Positions 1 through 9,958 are shown, counted from the stretch's first letter. The stretch is 64,000 nucleotides of DNA from an uncultured Gammaproteobacteria bacterium (GCA_964540825.1 CAZINT010000001.1:219396-283395); one strand, 5' to 3'. Notes: generated by a model not told the origin, from the letters alone. Program-made: numbers and translations.

Positions 1-27
1 TATCTATTTCTAATCCTTAAACTTTGT

Positions 28-621
28 ATGCTTGCTATTCTTTTAAAGCAGAGCAGACTTATTATCATGTGGGGAATTTTGATCGCCCTTATTTCGGTGG
101 GAGTAAGTTTCATTTTCCCCAAACAATATAGCGCGGTGAGCCGGGTAATTATTATTTCGCGTGACAAAACTGGTGTCGACCCATATACCCAGGCCAAAGC
201 TGCCGAACGCGTGGGTCAAGACTTGGCCCAGATTATGAAAACCACGGATTTTTATGGCAAAGTAGCGAGTGAGAGTCCGGATGTGTTCAGCGGTTCCGAA
301 TGGAAAAATTTAAGCGATCGTGACAGCCGTAAAAAATGGCAAAAAGACGTGCAGGCCCAGATGGTCTACGGAGCAAGCTTACTTGAGGTTACGGCTTACG
401 CTCTCGGTCAGGAAAAAGCACTCGCGCTATCTGCGGCAGTAACCAAAACGCTCGTTGCACATGGTTGGGAGTATAGCGGCGGGGATGTAGCAATTAAACA
501 GGTAGACAGCTCGCTCGTTTCACGCTTGCCAGCTCGGCCTAATTTTATTGTTAATGCAGGGATCGGTTTCTTGGTTGGAGGGTTTTTGGCAGCACTTTGG
601 GTGGTTCGGTATCGGAAATAA
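28..621 (+). CDS. Wzz/PCP-like polysaccharide chain-length determinant membrane protein (putative)
   Basis: 197 aa. N-terminal and C-terminal TM helices flank a soluble domain; C-terminal GxxxG-type helix and RYRK tail as in Wzz/YveK co-polymerases. Backbone GC. Confidence 0.4.
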   Translation: MLAILLKQSRLIIMWGILIALISVGVSFIFPKQYSAVSRVIIISRDKTGVDPYTQAKAAERVGQDLAQIMKTTDFYGKVASESPDVFSGSEWKNLSDRDSRKKWQKDVQAQMVYGASLLEVTAYALGQEKALALSAAVTKTLVAHGWEYSGGDVAIKQVDSSLVSRLPARPNFIVNAGIGFLVGGFLAALWVVRYRK

Positions 622-633
622 AAATTCACTACT

Positions 634-1965
634 ATGCATCCCGAATCTGCTCCTTATTATCCGCCGTCACTCGATAAAAAACCGCCAGCACCAACTCTTG
701 TTGGTCAGGAGGCGCTTAAATTCGCTGAGTTGCAACAAAGTTTGCTGGACGGTGTCGGAAATGCAGATAATTCTTTTGTTACGGAAGAGCGTGAGTATAA
801 AAAAATGACTGCTGAAATTAGCAGACAATTAAAAGAGCTTGAGAGGGATCGGGAAAGTCACGGGGCAGAAGCTGAATATCACGAGCGTATTAAAGAATGC
901 CAGAATAAAATCGCAGAACTAAAAGTTTTTATAGATAAAAAGTTGTCCCCCAAGTATGGGTACGATCGTCGCAGTAGGGCTGAACAAAATAAAAAGGAGA
1001 AAATGTATGCATTTACTCCTAACGATCGAGGTATCGTGCTGAAAGGCGAAACGCTTTCGCTTATCCATCTTAATCTAGCTGATGTACCCGTTGTCCACCA
1101 TAACTTGGCAAGTGATGATATTTTATACGGTAAAGAGGGGGAGGGGGTAAAGATAACTATCATGCCGCTGAATCAAAAATTAGATATTTTGGTTTCTGTT
1201 GGCAAAAATGTATATAGTTCGCATACCATTGAACCAACTCCAGAAGCTTTCAGAGAGGTGTTCGATAACTTGTTCAACTTGGTGCAAGATGATGAATACT
1301 CTGATTTTGCGAACGGTCCATCGCCAAGTCCTGTAGAACCAGCCCCTCAGTCTGCCGATGCGGCAAAATCTACTGTGGAGTTCAGAAATGGAATTCTTTA
1401 TTCCTCTGAAGAAGATTCTAAAGAATCATCAGGTGTTGTTGAAAAACCCAATGTTTTAAATCGATTCATGCGCCGTCTTAAGCGTCCATTGCTTGCTTTT
1501 GGAATTACCGGTGCACTTTTTGCTGTTCCTGAAAATAAGCAGCACTCAGAAGAAAATCCAGCGGTTGTGGCAGTGCAAAAAAATAATGACGCGCTAAATG
1601 CGCTGCGCGAAAAAGATCTCAAAGAAGCGCTGGGAATGCCTCTGGCACCTAACCAGTTGCTGCGGTTGGCCGAATCGTCCTTCGTATCTGACAAAGATTT
1701 GCAAAAACACGATCGTCGCGGTAAGCCAAAGTATGATCGCTCGGTTATTGAGGCCGAGATACGCGGTGCGCTAAAGCAATTACAACAAGGACACGATGCC
1801 GTGATTCATGGTACAATAGTGCTTACGCATGATGCGGTTGCTAAGCTTTTAGAAGGTGGTCAAACGGATGAATCCGCGCTTAACAAAAAACGATATACTA
1901 AAATTATCAAGCCCCTGCTTAAAGCGGCCAAGAAAAGACCGTCTACGCAGCGGCATCATTCTTAA
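634..1965 (+). CDS. large hypothetical protein, 443 aa, charged and coiled-coil-rich N-terminus
   Basis: Long ORF in backbone composition. Stop at 1963-1965 directly abuts the next ORF. No recognisable catalytic motif. Confidence 0.5.
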   Translation: MHPESAPYYPPSLDKKPPAPTLVGQEALKFAELQQSLLDGVGNADNSFVTEEREYKKMTAEISRQLKELERDRESHGAEAEYHERIKECQNKIAELKVFIDKKLSPKYGYDRRSRAEQNKKEKMYAFTPNDRGIVLKGETLSLIHLNLADVPVVHHNLASDDILYGKEGEGVKITIMPLNQKLDILVSVGKNVYSSHTIEPTPEAFREVFDNLFNLVQDDEYSDFANGPSPSPVEPAPQSADAAKSTVEFRNGILYSSEEDSKESSGVVEKPNVLNRFMRRLKRPLLAFGITGALFAVPENKQHSEENPAVVAVQKNNDALNALREKDLKEALGMPLAPNQLLRLAESSFVSDKDLQKHDRRGKPKYDRSVIEAEIRGALKQLQQGHDAVIHGTIVLTHDAVAKLLEGGQTDESALNKKRYTKIIKPLLKAAKKRPSTQRHHS

Positions 1966-4137
1966 GTGAATGTGAATATGGAAAAAAGTACTAGCGCTTC
2001 GCACGAAAACGATCCGCGTTTTAAATTGCCAGTTGAGCCTGAAACAGATATTTCTCTCAAGTCTGAGCAGGCTAAAAGCAACCTTCGGTTAGTAACTGAT
2101 TTTGAGGAAGGGCCGGCTAAAAAACGGTCGAATAAATTTTTTTTGAAACGGTCGGATAACACCCTTTTTCTTGGTAAAAAAGAAATTGATCTTTCAATTG
2201 ATGGGCGCGAACCGTCCTATCCTGCTCGAGGTAAAAATGTTTTTGTTTTTGGTTTTGGCAATAGTGTCTATAAAATATTTAAAGAAAAAGGAAAGCTGTA
2301 TGGCCAGGCAATACTTTTCGGCAAGGAACGCCCTCGAGTGCAGCTTGAATCGGACTGGAGTATTGTTAATGAGATCAATGTTTTTAAAGGAAATGTAAAA
2401 TTTAATTCTCGCTTGGAAACTGCCGAAGATGCTCCGGCGACCGGTGATGTTCAGCTTGATGAGGTGCCTGACAAACCGAACGCTGAAACGGCTGGTGCCG
2501 AGGAGCAGGCGGGATTGGTAGTGCCGCTCAGGGAATCGACTGAGCCTGCATATCTGCGTGATGATACGCGCGGATCTTCAGTAGAAAAAATTGAAATGAG
2601 GGTGCATAAAGATTTTGACGATCTTATCTCTAGTCCTCCCCGCGGGGTTGAAACTGTAGCACCTGCCGATGAATCCGTTACTCCAGAACAAAAAGTATTC
2701 ATCAGCGAAACTATTGCCGACGCTCGGGCTACATCAGTTGAATTACTGCAGTCATTAGCAGACGAGGGTAAAGATGAAGACTACTATGCATCGCTGAGTA
2801 TCGAGTATTCAACCGAGGATAAAGAAGCAGTTGCTCGGGGTGTAGCCGCCCGAACGTATGGGACCAGTTCAACGGGTGGTGACGGGTCAAGATATGCGGT
2901 TCCAGAAACGCTGCCGGTTCAGCATGAAAACAGAACCGCTCTCGTAGGAGTAGTCACGGAAGCAGGGCGTCTTGGAGCTGCGGTTATTGAAGCTACAACA
3001 CCACGCGCGCTCGAAGGTGCTCGGGGCATAGTAGCTCACGGCCTCGCTCAAGAACGATTTTCACTTACAACGGTTTTTGATGCTGCCCGCCGACTGCTAT
3101 CAAAAAAAGCTAAAACTGCCGAAAAGCTTTCGGCAGCAGCAATTACCGTAAGTCCTCAGGGTGAAGTTATTATGGCTTCTATGGGTGACACGGCTGTTCT
3201 TATGGTCCGCGAAGGAAAAAAAGTAGAGCTTGTTGATCAAAAAGAACCTGTTCCGACTAAAGACTTTCCGGCAAAGGGTGAAGCAGACGCTAAAGGTATG
3301 TCGGAGCTGCTTGAAACAAAAATGGCTCATGGTAAAGATCATGATCAGGTTATTGCCGCCACGAAACGTTTTTGGGATTTAGTGAGTGAGTATGAGGTAG
3401 AAAAATATGCCAAGCGCTATCGCGGCGAAGCTTTGCAAAAAGTTTTGTTTAATTTAGCGTACGACCGAAATAACGCGGTGGTGCCATTCGTAATTGAGAC
3501 AAGTCCGAACGAAAAGAAGTATGAGCAGCCTGCTAAGGGTGAGGGGGAGTCAATCGCTCTTCAGGTAACCCATGTGGAATTGCCAGAGCAGCGCGGTTTT
3601 CTTTCTAAACTCGGGCGCAGTAAAGCAGGTACGTGGTTACGCAGCGCCGCGCTCGTTGCCTTTGGTTTTTCAGCCCAGGGCAAATTGGACACTCGGTCGT
3701 ACACTCCGGACGAGATTGCTGCCATCCAAAAAGCGCCGGAAAAAATGCAGCCAAGTACAAAGCAGGCGGTTGAAAAAATTACGGTTGAAAATCGGCGTGG
3801 AAATGAGCATGAGTTGGTTCGGTTGGTAGATGCTGTAACTACAAAAATAAAATTACTTGGCAGTTCACCAGAAGATAACGGCCGCAAAGTTTTGATCGCA
3901 GCCTGGATGAAAAAACTATTACGCGGTGAAGACGCTGGCGGATTTAAAGCGGCTGATTTTAATAGAAATATACAGCACACTCGGGATGGGAAATTTAGCT
4001 TAAGTGCACCAGGGCTTGAACTGTTTATTGCGGATGCTGCGGGTGCAGCCAAAGAAAAAAAACATATTTCTACCGCTATAAAGTATGCGGAGACGACGTA
4101 TAAACTTGACTTTGGCAGTACTAAAAGTACACCTTAA
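1966..4137 (+). CDS. large hypothetical protein with degenerate PP2C-like region
   Basis: 723 aa. Segment AAAITVSPQGEVIMASMGDTAVLMVREGKKVELV resembles PP2C phosphatase motifs (GS/TA...vANvGDSRAvL.r.G), but the metal-ligand DGHGG is replaced by TEAGRLG. The true start may be the ATG at 1978. Confidence 0.5.
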   Translation: MNVNMEKSTSASHENDPRFKLPVEPETDISLKSEQAKSNLRLVTDFEEGPAKKRSNKFFLKRSDNTLFLGKKEIDLSIDGREPSYPARGKNVFVFGFGNSVYKIFKEKGKLYGQAILFGKERPRVQLESDWSIVNEINVFKGNVKFNSRLETAEDAPATGDVQLDEVPDKPNAETAGAEEQAGLVVPLRESTEPAYLRDDTRGSSVEKIEMRVHKDFDDLISSPPRGVETVAPADESVTPEQKVFISETIADARATSVELLQSLADEGKDEDYYASLSIEYSTEDKEAVARGVAARTYGTSSTGGDGSRYAVPETLPVQHENRTALVGVVTEAGRLGAAVIEATTPRALEGARGIVAHGLAQERFSLTTVFDAARRLLSKKAKTAEKLSAAAITVSPQGEVIMASMGDTAVLMVREGKKVELVDQKEPVPTKDFPAKGEADAKGMSELLETKMAHGKDHDQVIAATKRFWDLVSEYEVEKYAKRYRGEALQKVLFNLAYDRNNAVVPFVIETSPNEKKYEQPAKGEGESIALQVTHVELPEQRGFLSKLGRSKAGTWLRSAALVAFGFSAQGKLDTRSYTPDEIAAIQKAPEKMQPSTKQAVEKITVENRRGNEHELVRLVDAVTTKIKLLGSSPEDNGRKVLIAAWMKKLLRGEDAGGFKAADFNRNIQHTRDGKFSLSAPGLELFIADAAGAAKEKKHISTAIKYAETTYKLDFGSTKSTP

Positions 4138-4148
4138 ATTTTATTTAT

Positions 4149-7100
4149 ATGGGTAAAGGAGGTCGGGAGGCAGGGGCTGGCAAAGAGGTTGCGCCTGATA
4201 AAGCTAAAATCGATGAGCTGCTAAAACGCTGGGAAGCTGTTCTTCGGGCTAACCCGGGAATCGAAGCGGAAGCAGTCACCCGCATGAATTTGGAGTTTAC
4301 ACTGATTGGCAAAATAAAAAATGATAAGAAACGGACAAAGAAAATAGCCGAACTTGAAGCCGAAATTGCTCAATTTGAAGGCGTGCCATCGTCCAAGGTA
4401 CCAGCGGTCGATAATCAAGATACTTTGACAGTAAACACGTCTCTGCAAACACCGCATGCACAAAGTCAGCAATTGCCCGAGGATGTTGATGCGGACTTGG
4501 TATCGGGAACGGCCATTGATGATTACGAAGAATTCTCAGAAGATGCGGACGAGCCTCCACCCGAGGAAAAAAAGGATTGGGGGCAACCAGACCTCCGGAC
4601 TATTACGTTAGAGGACGCTGAGAAAGAAATTGACTGGGCAAAAAAATATCCAGAACTTGAGACGGCGATTAAGGGTGATTTGAATCAAGAAAATGAGCGT
4701 GTCTTTTATGGGGCGTATTTTCGCGCGTACCATGAAAAAGGCGTCACTGTTTTCGAGGATGGGTTAGATGGTATCGCTTCTGCTGAGGCGGTGTGGGCAG
4801 AAAATGAATATGAGTCTCAAGTGTCTGAGAAAAAATACACTGACCTCAAAAAATATGCACTCGACAATAATATTAATCTCGCTGTTGATTTTCCGGATGT
4901 TTTTGCAAGGTTAGAGGCGGCACGGGATGCGCTTGCGGATGCTATCGAACTGTCAACTGGTGAATTTCGTGCTGCAAACGATGTCTTTTTGGAAATTTTG
5001 AATGAATTGAATGCTAGTGTTGATTTGTTTATCACAGAAAAAATACGTATAGCTGAGGCCGAAGCTGAAGAGCAAGAAAAACGTAAAAATTTTTATGACA
5101 CTGTACAACAGGCACGTGCAGAGTTTCGGTCGAATTTTGAACGGTATGATATTGATCCGCAAGAATTTTTTCCCGTTGAGGATGAGCGTGCCGTTAATGC
5201 AATCCAGCATTTCGAACACGTAAAAGATGACGAAATTTCTATTGTTGAGGCCGCCTATACTGCGTGCCTTCTGGCTTTTAGTGAATTGCATAGTGCGCTC
5301 CAAGAATATATTCAATCACCCAATGCTGCGTCGGCAGATCTGGAAAAACCAATCACATTTGCCGAGGCTGAACAGGCGATTCAGTGGGCCAAAGATGAAT
5401 TCGCTCGAACCAAAGGAAAATTTGGTTTGCCGCCGCAACGAGAACCAAAAAGTGCTAAAGATACATTTGAGTGGGGTGCTTATTGGCGAACACAGCGGGA
5501 AGGCAAAGGTCAGATGAGTCAAAAAGAGTTGGATGAGGCCGCAGAACGCAACGGTGAATGCGCCCGGCGTGTATTTGTCGAACGACAATTTAATGTTTGG
5601 TTTGAAGCGCTGTGTAAAAAAGCCGAGCGCGCGGGTGTTTTAAATACTCTTTTTGATCGCTACGTAAAAAACGATCCGGCTGCAGGAAAAGTAGCGTGCA
5701 AGGAAAAAATGCTTGGCCCGCTTGAAACGATTGAACGAATCGCGGCTTACGATGAAGCGCACAAAAATGATGCAAACGCTAAGCCTTTTGACCTCCTCAG
5801 TCCGGCTGCTCAAAAAGAGTATCGAAACAGAGTCCTGCGTGCTGAGGGAGAGCTAACGAAACTTGATCGTGAAATTGGTAGCCTCATTAAAGAAAAAATG
5901 TGGGCTGACCCGAATAACCCCGACCGCGCCCAGCTTATCGCAGCGCTTGCTCCTGAGATCGCTCAGCATGATGCAGAAAATGCTTTGCCGCTTTCCCAAA
6001 TGGCAACAGCGGCTGATACCTATGGATTTTCACCAGAGGCACGCTTAGCTATTCAAAACGTCCTCACTGCCTGGGAAGGCGAGCATGCAGCTATTATAAA
6101 AAAATTAGCCAAACTCGAAGAGATGCAAAGCGACCCACGCATCCCCCCGGCCAAGGTCAAAAGTATGTGCGAGGCAATTGTTCGGCAATCAGCAGCTTTG
6201 AGTGAAAAAATTCAAAAGGGGATGGAGGAATATGTTGTGCCAGAACTTACCAAACAAACACAGGCTGAAATTGCCGCACTACTGGCGCTTGAAACTGTTC
6301 AGGCTGGGATTGGTTCTCAAAAAATAATCCAGGAAGAGCAGCGGGTGTCTGCTGAGCTTAGCAAGGCTCGGATCGCCCTTGAAACCGCACTCGCTGATTT
6401 CTTAACTGTGCCCGATGCGCGCGGTCAGTTTTTGGCGGCGCACCAAAAATATCATGAAGCTGCTACACGCGTCCGTTATTTTCAAGAGTCTGTACAGCCG
6501 ATCCGTGATGCTGCCAAAATCTCCGAACAGTATCGTGCCGTGAGTGATACGTATAGTTCTGCGCAACAATACTTGCACTATTTTTCAAACGAACTTAAGA
6601 TGCAGTTACCCAATCTATCTGCTGAATGTAATGATCTTGAGCGTAGATTGGAGGTGCTTGCCAAAAAGCCGGAGGCCTTAGCACTGGGCGAAATTGCCCC
6701 AGCAAAAGATTCGGTGGAGTTGTTTAAGCAGAAGGTTGTGGCGTTTAAAAAAATGCTTGAACAGGCTACGGCAGAAATTCCGGCTGCGGAAAAATTACGC
6801 CAAGAGAAAAAAGATACTGCTTTTAAAGATGAAATGAGAGAGGAATTTATACGCTTTCAAGATTTGCGTCGCAGGTATGAATCTTTAAAACAGGATATAG
6901 ATCCGAAAAATAATGCCGACCTGCTGAGGTTGTTCAGGTCGGAAATAGCTTTGCGTGATGAGTTTAGTGCCAAACTCAAAGCGGCCGGAAATACTAACGG
7001 GCTTGAACAATATAAGATTGCGTATAAAAATGAAGCAGACCGCATGGATGCAGCCTTGAACTATTTTAGCCATAGCCGTCTTTGGAAAATTGTTCAATCT

Positions 7101-7334
7101 CATCATGATGTTCCGCAAAGTGCTCGTGAACGCATCGAATACAATTTGGATTTACTGCACTCATTTTATATCAGCGGCAGTACCAGTAGAAATGATTTAT
7201 CCGAAAAAGCCCGGCTTATTTTTGATGAAATAAATGAGCTCGAGATAAAGCTCCCCCCTAAGAAGTCGCCGACACTTCGGGAAGTCGTTCGGGGAATCGG
7301 AAAAAAATTATTCGATAAAATAAAGCGTCCATAA
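4149..7334 (+). CDS. very large coiled-coil hypothetical protein (1061 aa, E/A/K-rich)
   Basis: Uninterrupted 3.2-kb ORF in backbone composition. Third member of a co-directional, tightly spaced trio. Followed by an intrinsic terminator. Confidence 0.5.
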   Translation: MGKGGREAGAGKEVAPDKAKIDELLKRWEAVLRANPGIEAEAVTRMNLEFTLIGKIKNDKKRTKKIAELEAEIAQFEGVPSSKVPAVDNQDTLTVNTSLQTPHAQSQQLPEDVDADLVSGTAIDDYEEFSEDADEPPPEEKKDWGQPDLRTITLEDAEKEIDWAKKYPELETAIKGDLNQENERVFYGAYFRAYHEKGVTVFEDGLDGIASAEAVWAENEYESQVSEKKYTDLKKYALDNNINLAVDFPDVFARLEAARDALADAIELSTGEFRAANDVFLEILNELNASVDLFITEKIRIAEAEAEEQEKRKNFYDTVQQARAEFRSNFERYDIDPQEFFPVEDERAVNAIQHFEHVKDDEISIVEAAYTACLLAFSELHSALQEYIQSPNAASADLEKPITFAEAEQAIQWAKDEFARTKGKFGLPPQREPKSAKDTFEWGAYWRTQREGKGQMSQKELDEAAERNGECARRVFVERQFNVWFEALCKKAERAGVLNTLFDRYVKNDPAAGKVACKEKMLGPLETIERIAAYDEAHKNDANAKPFDLLSPAAQKEYRNRVLRAEGELTKLDREIGSLIKEKMWADPNNPDRAQLIAALAPEIAQHDAENALPLSQMATAADTYGFSPEARLAIQNVLTAWEGEHAAIIKKLAKLEEMQSDPRIPPAKVKSMCEAIVRQSAALSEKIQKGMEEYVVPELTKQTQAEIAALLALETVQAGIGSQKIIQEEQRVSAELSKARIALETALADFLTVPDARGQFLAAHQKYHEAATRVRYFQESVQPIRDAAKISEQYRAVSDTYSSAQQYLHYFSNELKMQLPNLSAECNDLERRLEVLAKKPEALALGEIAPAKDSVELFKQKVVAFKKMLEQATAEIPAAEKLRQEKKDTAFKDEMREEFIRFQDLRRRYESLKQDIDPKNNADLLRLFRSEIALRDEFSAKLKAAGNTNGLEQYKIAYKNEADRMDAALNYFSHSRLWKIVQSHHDVPQSARERIEYNLDLLHSFYISGSTSRNDLSEKARLIFDEINELEIKLPPKKSPTLREVVRGIGKKLFDKIKRP

Positions 7335-7340
7335 TAAAAA

Positions 7341-7368
7341 AATCCCCAGCAAATTGGGGATTTTTTTA
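7341..7368 (+). terminator. rho-independent terminator
   Basis: Hairpin atcccca-gcaaat-tggggat followed by tttttttat. Confidence 0.7.
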
Positions 7369-7379
7369 TCCCTCAAGGA

Positions 7380-7408
7380 TTGACAAAAAATATTTTTTAT
7401 GCTTAGAT
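7380..7408 (+). promoter_or_regulatory. sigma70-like promoter for high-GC cassette A
   Basis: TTGACA (7380-7385), 17-nt spacer, TTAGAT (7403-7408). AGGAGG at 7441-7446 with GTG 6 nt downstream. Confidence 0.5.
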
Positions 7409-7452
7409 AAGGGCATCAACAATTCATGCGGCTTTGCCGCAGGAGGTCCAAA

Positions 7453-8205
7453 GTGGCGACGCACAATGCTCTCGGTGACCCCGATGGTCCAACCCCTCCC
7501 TATGAGGACACAGCGGAGCTTAAAATTCCGCCTTCGCTTCGTGTTCGAATCAAGCAGGGGTTGGGGTGGACCTACGAGGTCGTGCTCGTTCCGGTCTGGA
7601 ACCGTGGGTTGAAGCCGCTGACGTCACCCATCATCGTTCGGGTGCCCAGTGCCGTCTCGTTCATGCGGCAGCAGCGGTGGAACATCGCACTCTTCGCTGC
7701 TCTGCTCCTGGCTATCGTGCTTGCATACGTAGGTTACAAGTACGAGACTGCCCGCATGCGGGCTGCCTTCGTTCCGGCCGATCAGGGCGAGCACAGCACG
7801 GCGACACCTGTTGACCGTGATAGCGACGGTGTGGCGGACGAGACGGATCAGTGTCCCGATGTAGCGTCCGGCCCCACGCCGGATGCGAAGCGGCCCGGTT
7901 GCCCAGCGCCCGAGCAACCTGCTGCTCCGGTCCCGGTCTACCCTGACCTGTCGATCCCTGCGCCTGCCGCGTTGCCCGAAGAACCGCAAGCCGCTCCGCC
8001 CGCTGATGTGGATGGTGATCACGATGGGGAAGCGGCCGTCCCGTCCCGTCGACGTCACGTGCCGCATCGTAGGTTCAAGGCTGCGGTCGAGACGCCGCGG
8101 GCCTTCTGCCTGCGTATGCAGCGGGACCAGCGCTGGAGCCCCTGCTGCCAAGACGGCATCCCGGTCGCATGTTCGCCCGCTTCCTCAGCGCCCCATCGGC
8201 GCTAA
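7453..8205 (+). CDS. high-GC membrane/exported protein with thrombospondin-type-3-like Ca-binding motif (cassette A)
   Basis: GTG start 6 nt after AGGAGG, in frame with the track ORF at 7426. Internal TM helix WNIALFAALLLAIVLAYVGY. Motif DRDSDGVADETDQCPDV...KRPGCP matches the DxDxDGxxDxxDxCP...GCP TSP3/OmpA-linker repeat. Pro-rich. Near-saturated GC3. The C-terminal ~60 aa is Arg-rich and may be frameshifted. Confidence 0.4.
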   Translation: MATHNALGDPDGPTPPYEDTAELKIPPSLRVRIKQGLGWTYEVVLVPVWNRGLKPLTSPIIVRVPSAVSFMRQQRWNIALFAALLLAIVLAYVGYKYETARMRAAFVPADQGEHSTATPVDRDSDGVADETDQCPDVASGPTPDAKRPGCPAPEQPAAPVPVYPDLSIPAPAALPEEPQAAPPADVDGDHDGEAAVPSRRRHVPHRRFKAAVETPRAFCLRMQRDQRWSPCCQDGIPVACSPASSAPHRR

Positions 8206-8286
8206 CCCACGATAGCGTGGAAGAGTCGCGTGTGTTGGAGCTTTTCCGACCGCGCGACTTGCTTTGTTTTTAGCCCCACGAGGCCC

Positions 8287-8315
8287 TTGACAAAACCTTA
8301 AAAATGTGCTATACT
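8287..8315 (+). promoter_or_regulatory. consensus sigma70 promoter for cassette B
   Basis: TTGACA, 17 nt, TGTGC TATACT (extended -10). Followed by an AT-rich leader of about 345 nt before the ATG at 8668. Confidence 0.6.
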
Positions 8316-8667
8316 GATTTGTTACGTAAATAGAAAACCACACAACTAGCCAAGAAGCTCGAGAGAGGCTTCAAAGGTTAGCCAAAAGACCTTGTTTTAG
8401 CCAATTCTCTCACCCCAGGGAGTTTTTTTAGCTAAGAATGAACTAAGGTAAGCGGATTTAGATCCTTTTACCTTAGATCCATTCTAGGGTCTAACGCTCT
8501 TTACAATATAACCCTAGTTAAAAACCTACCCACCAATAATCGGTGAAGTATGGCGCAGAGAATGAGTTACCCAATATTGAGTCATTCATTCTCTGTTCCA
8601 GCTTCATTGTGAAGTTGGGGGAGCTGGAACGCTCAGAAACGTCAACCTTTTCGCTGGAGAAAAGATC

Positions 8668-9834
8668 ATGAACAGCAAGCTCGCCTTTGTCATCGCCATC
8701 CTCGCCGGCCTCTCGTCCACCTCCACCGCCCACGCCTTGAGCAGCGCCCACGACTTCGGTCTGGTCGTCCTGGGTCCCACGGACGAGCCCATCCCGTCGT
8801 GGGACGGGAACCCGGGGTCGATGACCCCGGCGAACGTCTGCAAGGCCGAGGGCAAGATCATGGCCCTTCAGGAGCCGACCGACAAGATCCGTGGTGGCGC
8901 CGTCGCTCAGGATGACCTGACGGCCCGGCGCGGCACGGTGTCGTCGCCCCAGAAGTCGATCGGGATCGTCGCGAACCGCAGCCAGATCGCCGGCAAGCAC
9001 GCCGGCGCCGCCTACTGCGTCGCGAAGTCCCGTGTCCTCTTCGCCGAGGACGTCGAGCAGCTGAACAAGCTCCTCAAGATCCTCCACAGCTTCAACGGCC
9101 CCGACGGCATGACGCGCCTCCGCGCCCTGCTCGGCGACCTGCCGCAGGGCAAGGAGACGATCCGCGAGTGGGTCACCGCCGCCATCACGGCGGGCGATCA
9201 GGGCACTAGCCTCGACTCGGCCAACCCCTTCAGCCCCCTCGCGATCAAGATCGCCCAGCTCATCGCCGAGATCAATCAGATCAAGGTCGAGCTCGAGGCG
9301 CTCAAGGCCCGCGTCGGCCAGCTCGAGACCGCGGTCGCAGAGCACTCGGCTCAGATCGCCAAGCTCCAGCAGACGGGCCCTGTGACCGGTCGGACCTTCG
9401 ATCTTCAGCTCCAGGGCATCGCGAGTGGCAGCCGGTTCATGATCGGTCTCGGCGGTGGTGCGAACCTCGTGTTCCACCTTCCTGTGCCGCGCCTCAGCGT
9501 CAAGTTCGGTGGCGACCTCATGGCCGCCTTCGAGACGGTCGGGTCCAATCGTATGGGCCTCGGCTGGGACGCGCGTGCGTTCGTCCAGTATCAGCTGCGT
9601 GAGTGGCTGACCATTGGCGGCGGGCTCTACATCGTCGGTGATGCTGGTACGATCAACGGTACCCGGTCGTTCGACGTTGGCCCTGCGCTGGACGCCGAGT
9701 TCTGGGTTCACCCGTTCGTCGCCGTCAACGCCTTCGCCTTCATCGGTGGTGGCAAGCACAGCGCCAGCTGGGCCATGTCGCAGCTGGGCGGTGGTGGCGG
9801 TCTCGGGGTCGTCCTGCGTCCCTTCCGCAAGTAG
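8668..9834 (+). CDS. high-GC secreted protein: signal peptide, central coiled coil, Gly-rich beta-rich C-terminal domain (cassette B)
   Basis: SD GGAGAAAAG 5-6 nt upstream. Signal peptide MNSKLAFVIAILAGLSSTSTAHA. Heptad-like IAQLIAEINQIKVELEALKARVGQLETAV. C-terminal alternating hydrophobic beta pattern. GC3 about 90% by eye. Confidence 0.5.
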   Translation: MNSKLAFVIAILAGLSSTSTAHALSSAHDFGLVVLGPTDEPIPSWDGNPGSMTPANVCKAEGKIMALQEPTDKIRGGAVAQDDLTARRGTVSSPQKSIGIVANRSQIAGKHAGAAYCVAKSRVLFAEDVEQLNKLLKILHSFNGPDGMTRLRALLGDLPQGKETIREWVTAAITAGDQGTSLDSANPFSPLAIKIAQLIAEINQIKVELEALKARVGQLETAVAEHSAQIAKLQQTGPVTGRTFDLQLQGIASGSRFMIGLGGGANLVFHLPVPRLSVKFGGDLMAAFETVGSNRMGLGWDARAFVQYQLREWLTIGGGLYIVGDAGTINGTRSFDVGPALDAEFWVHPFVAVNAFAFIGGGKHSASWAMSQLGGGGGLGVVLRPFRK

Positions 9835-9852
9835 CGGATAAACTAGGGTTCG

Positions 9853-9890
9853 GAGGGGAGCGGTGGACAGTAATGTCTGCCGCCCCCTCC
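9853..9890 (+). terminator. GC hairpin after cassette B (putative terminator)
   Basis: ggagggg...cccctcc inverted repeat immediately after the stop. No clear U-run. Confidence 0.35.
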
Positions 9891-9958
9891 AAAACCACAT
9901 TCTGTTTCTGAACAAATGTTCGGCAACAGAAAATGGTTCAGTTAGCCAAAAAAACCTA

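Noticed and set aside
548-1163. Numerous 60-120-aa ORFs overlapping annotated genes on either strand (e.g. 548-808, 879-1163, 3561-4052, 40003-40485)
   Set aside because: Embedded within or antisense to longer ORFs with recognisable domains. No SD or promoter support.
7624-8215. Minus ORF 7624-8151 and plus alternate frames 7566-7814 and 7883-8215
   Set aside because: Shadow ORFs of cassette A with Arg-rich junk composition.
8518-9915. 465-aa minus-strand ORF, the longest ORF in this region
   Set aside because: Antisense to the signal-peptide/SD-supported gene at 8668-9834. Arg/Gly/Asp-rich low-complexity translation typical of stop-free antisense frames in high-GC DNA. No SD or promoter.
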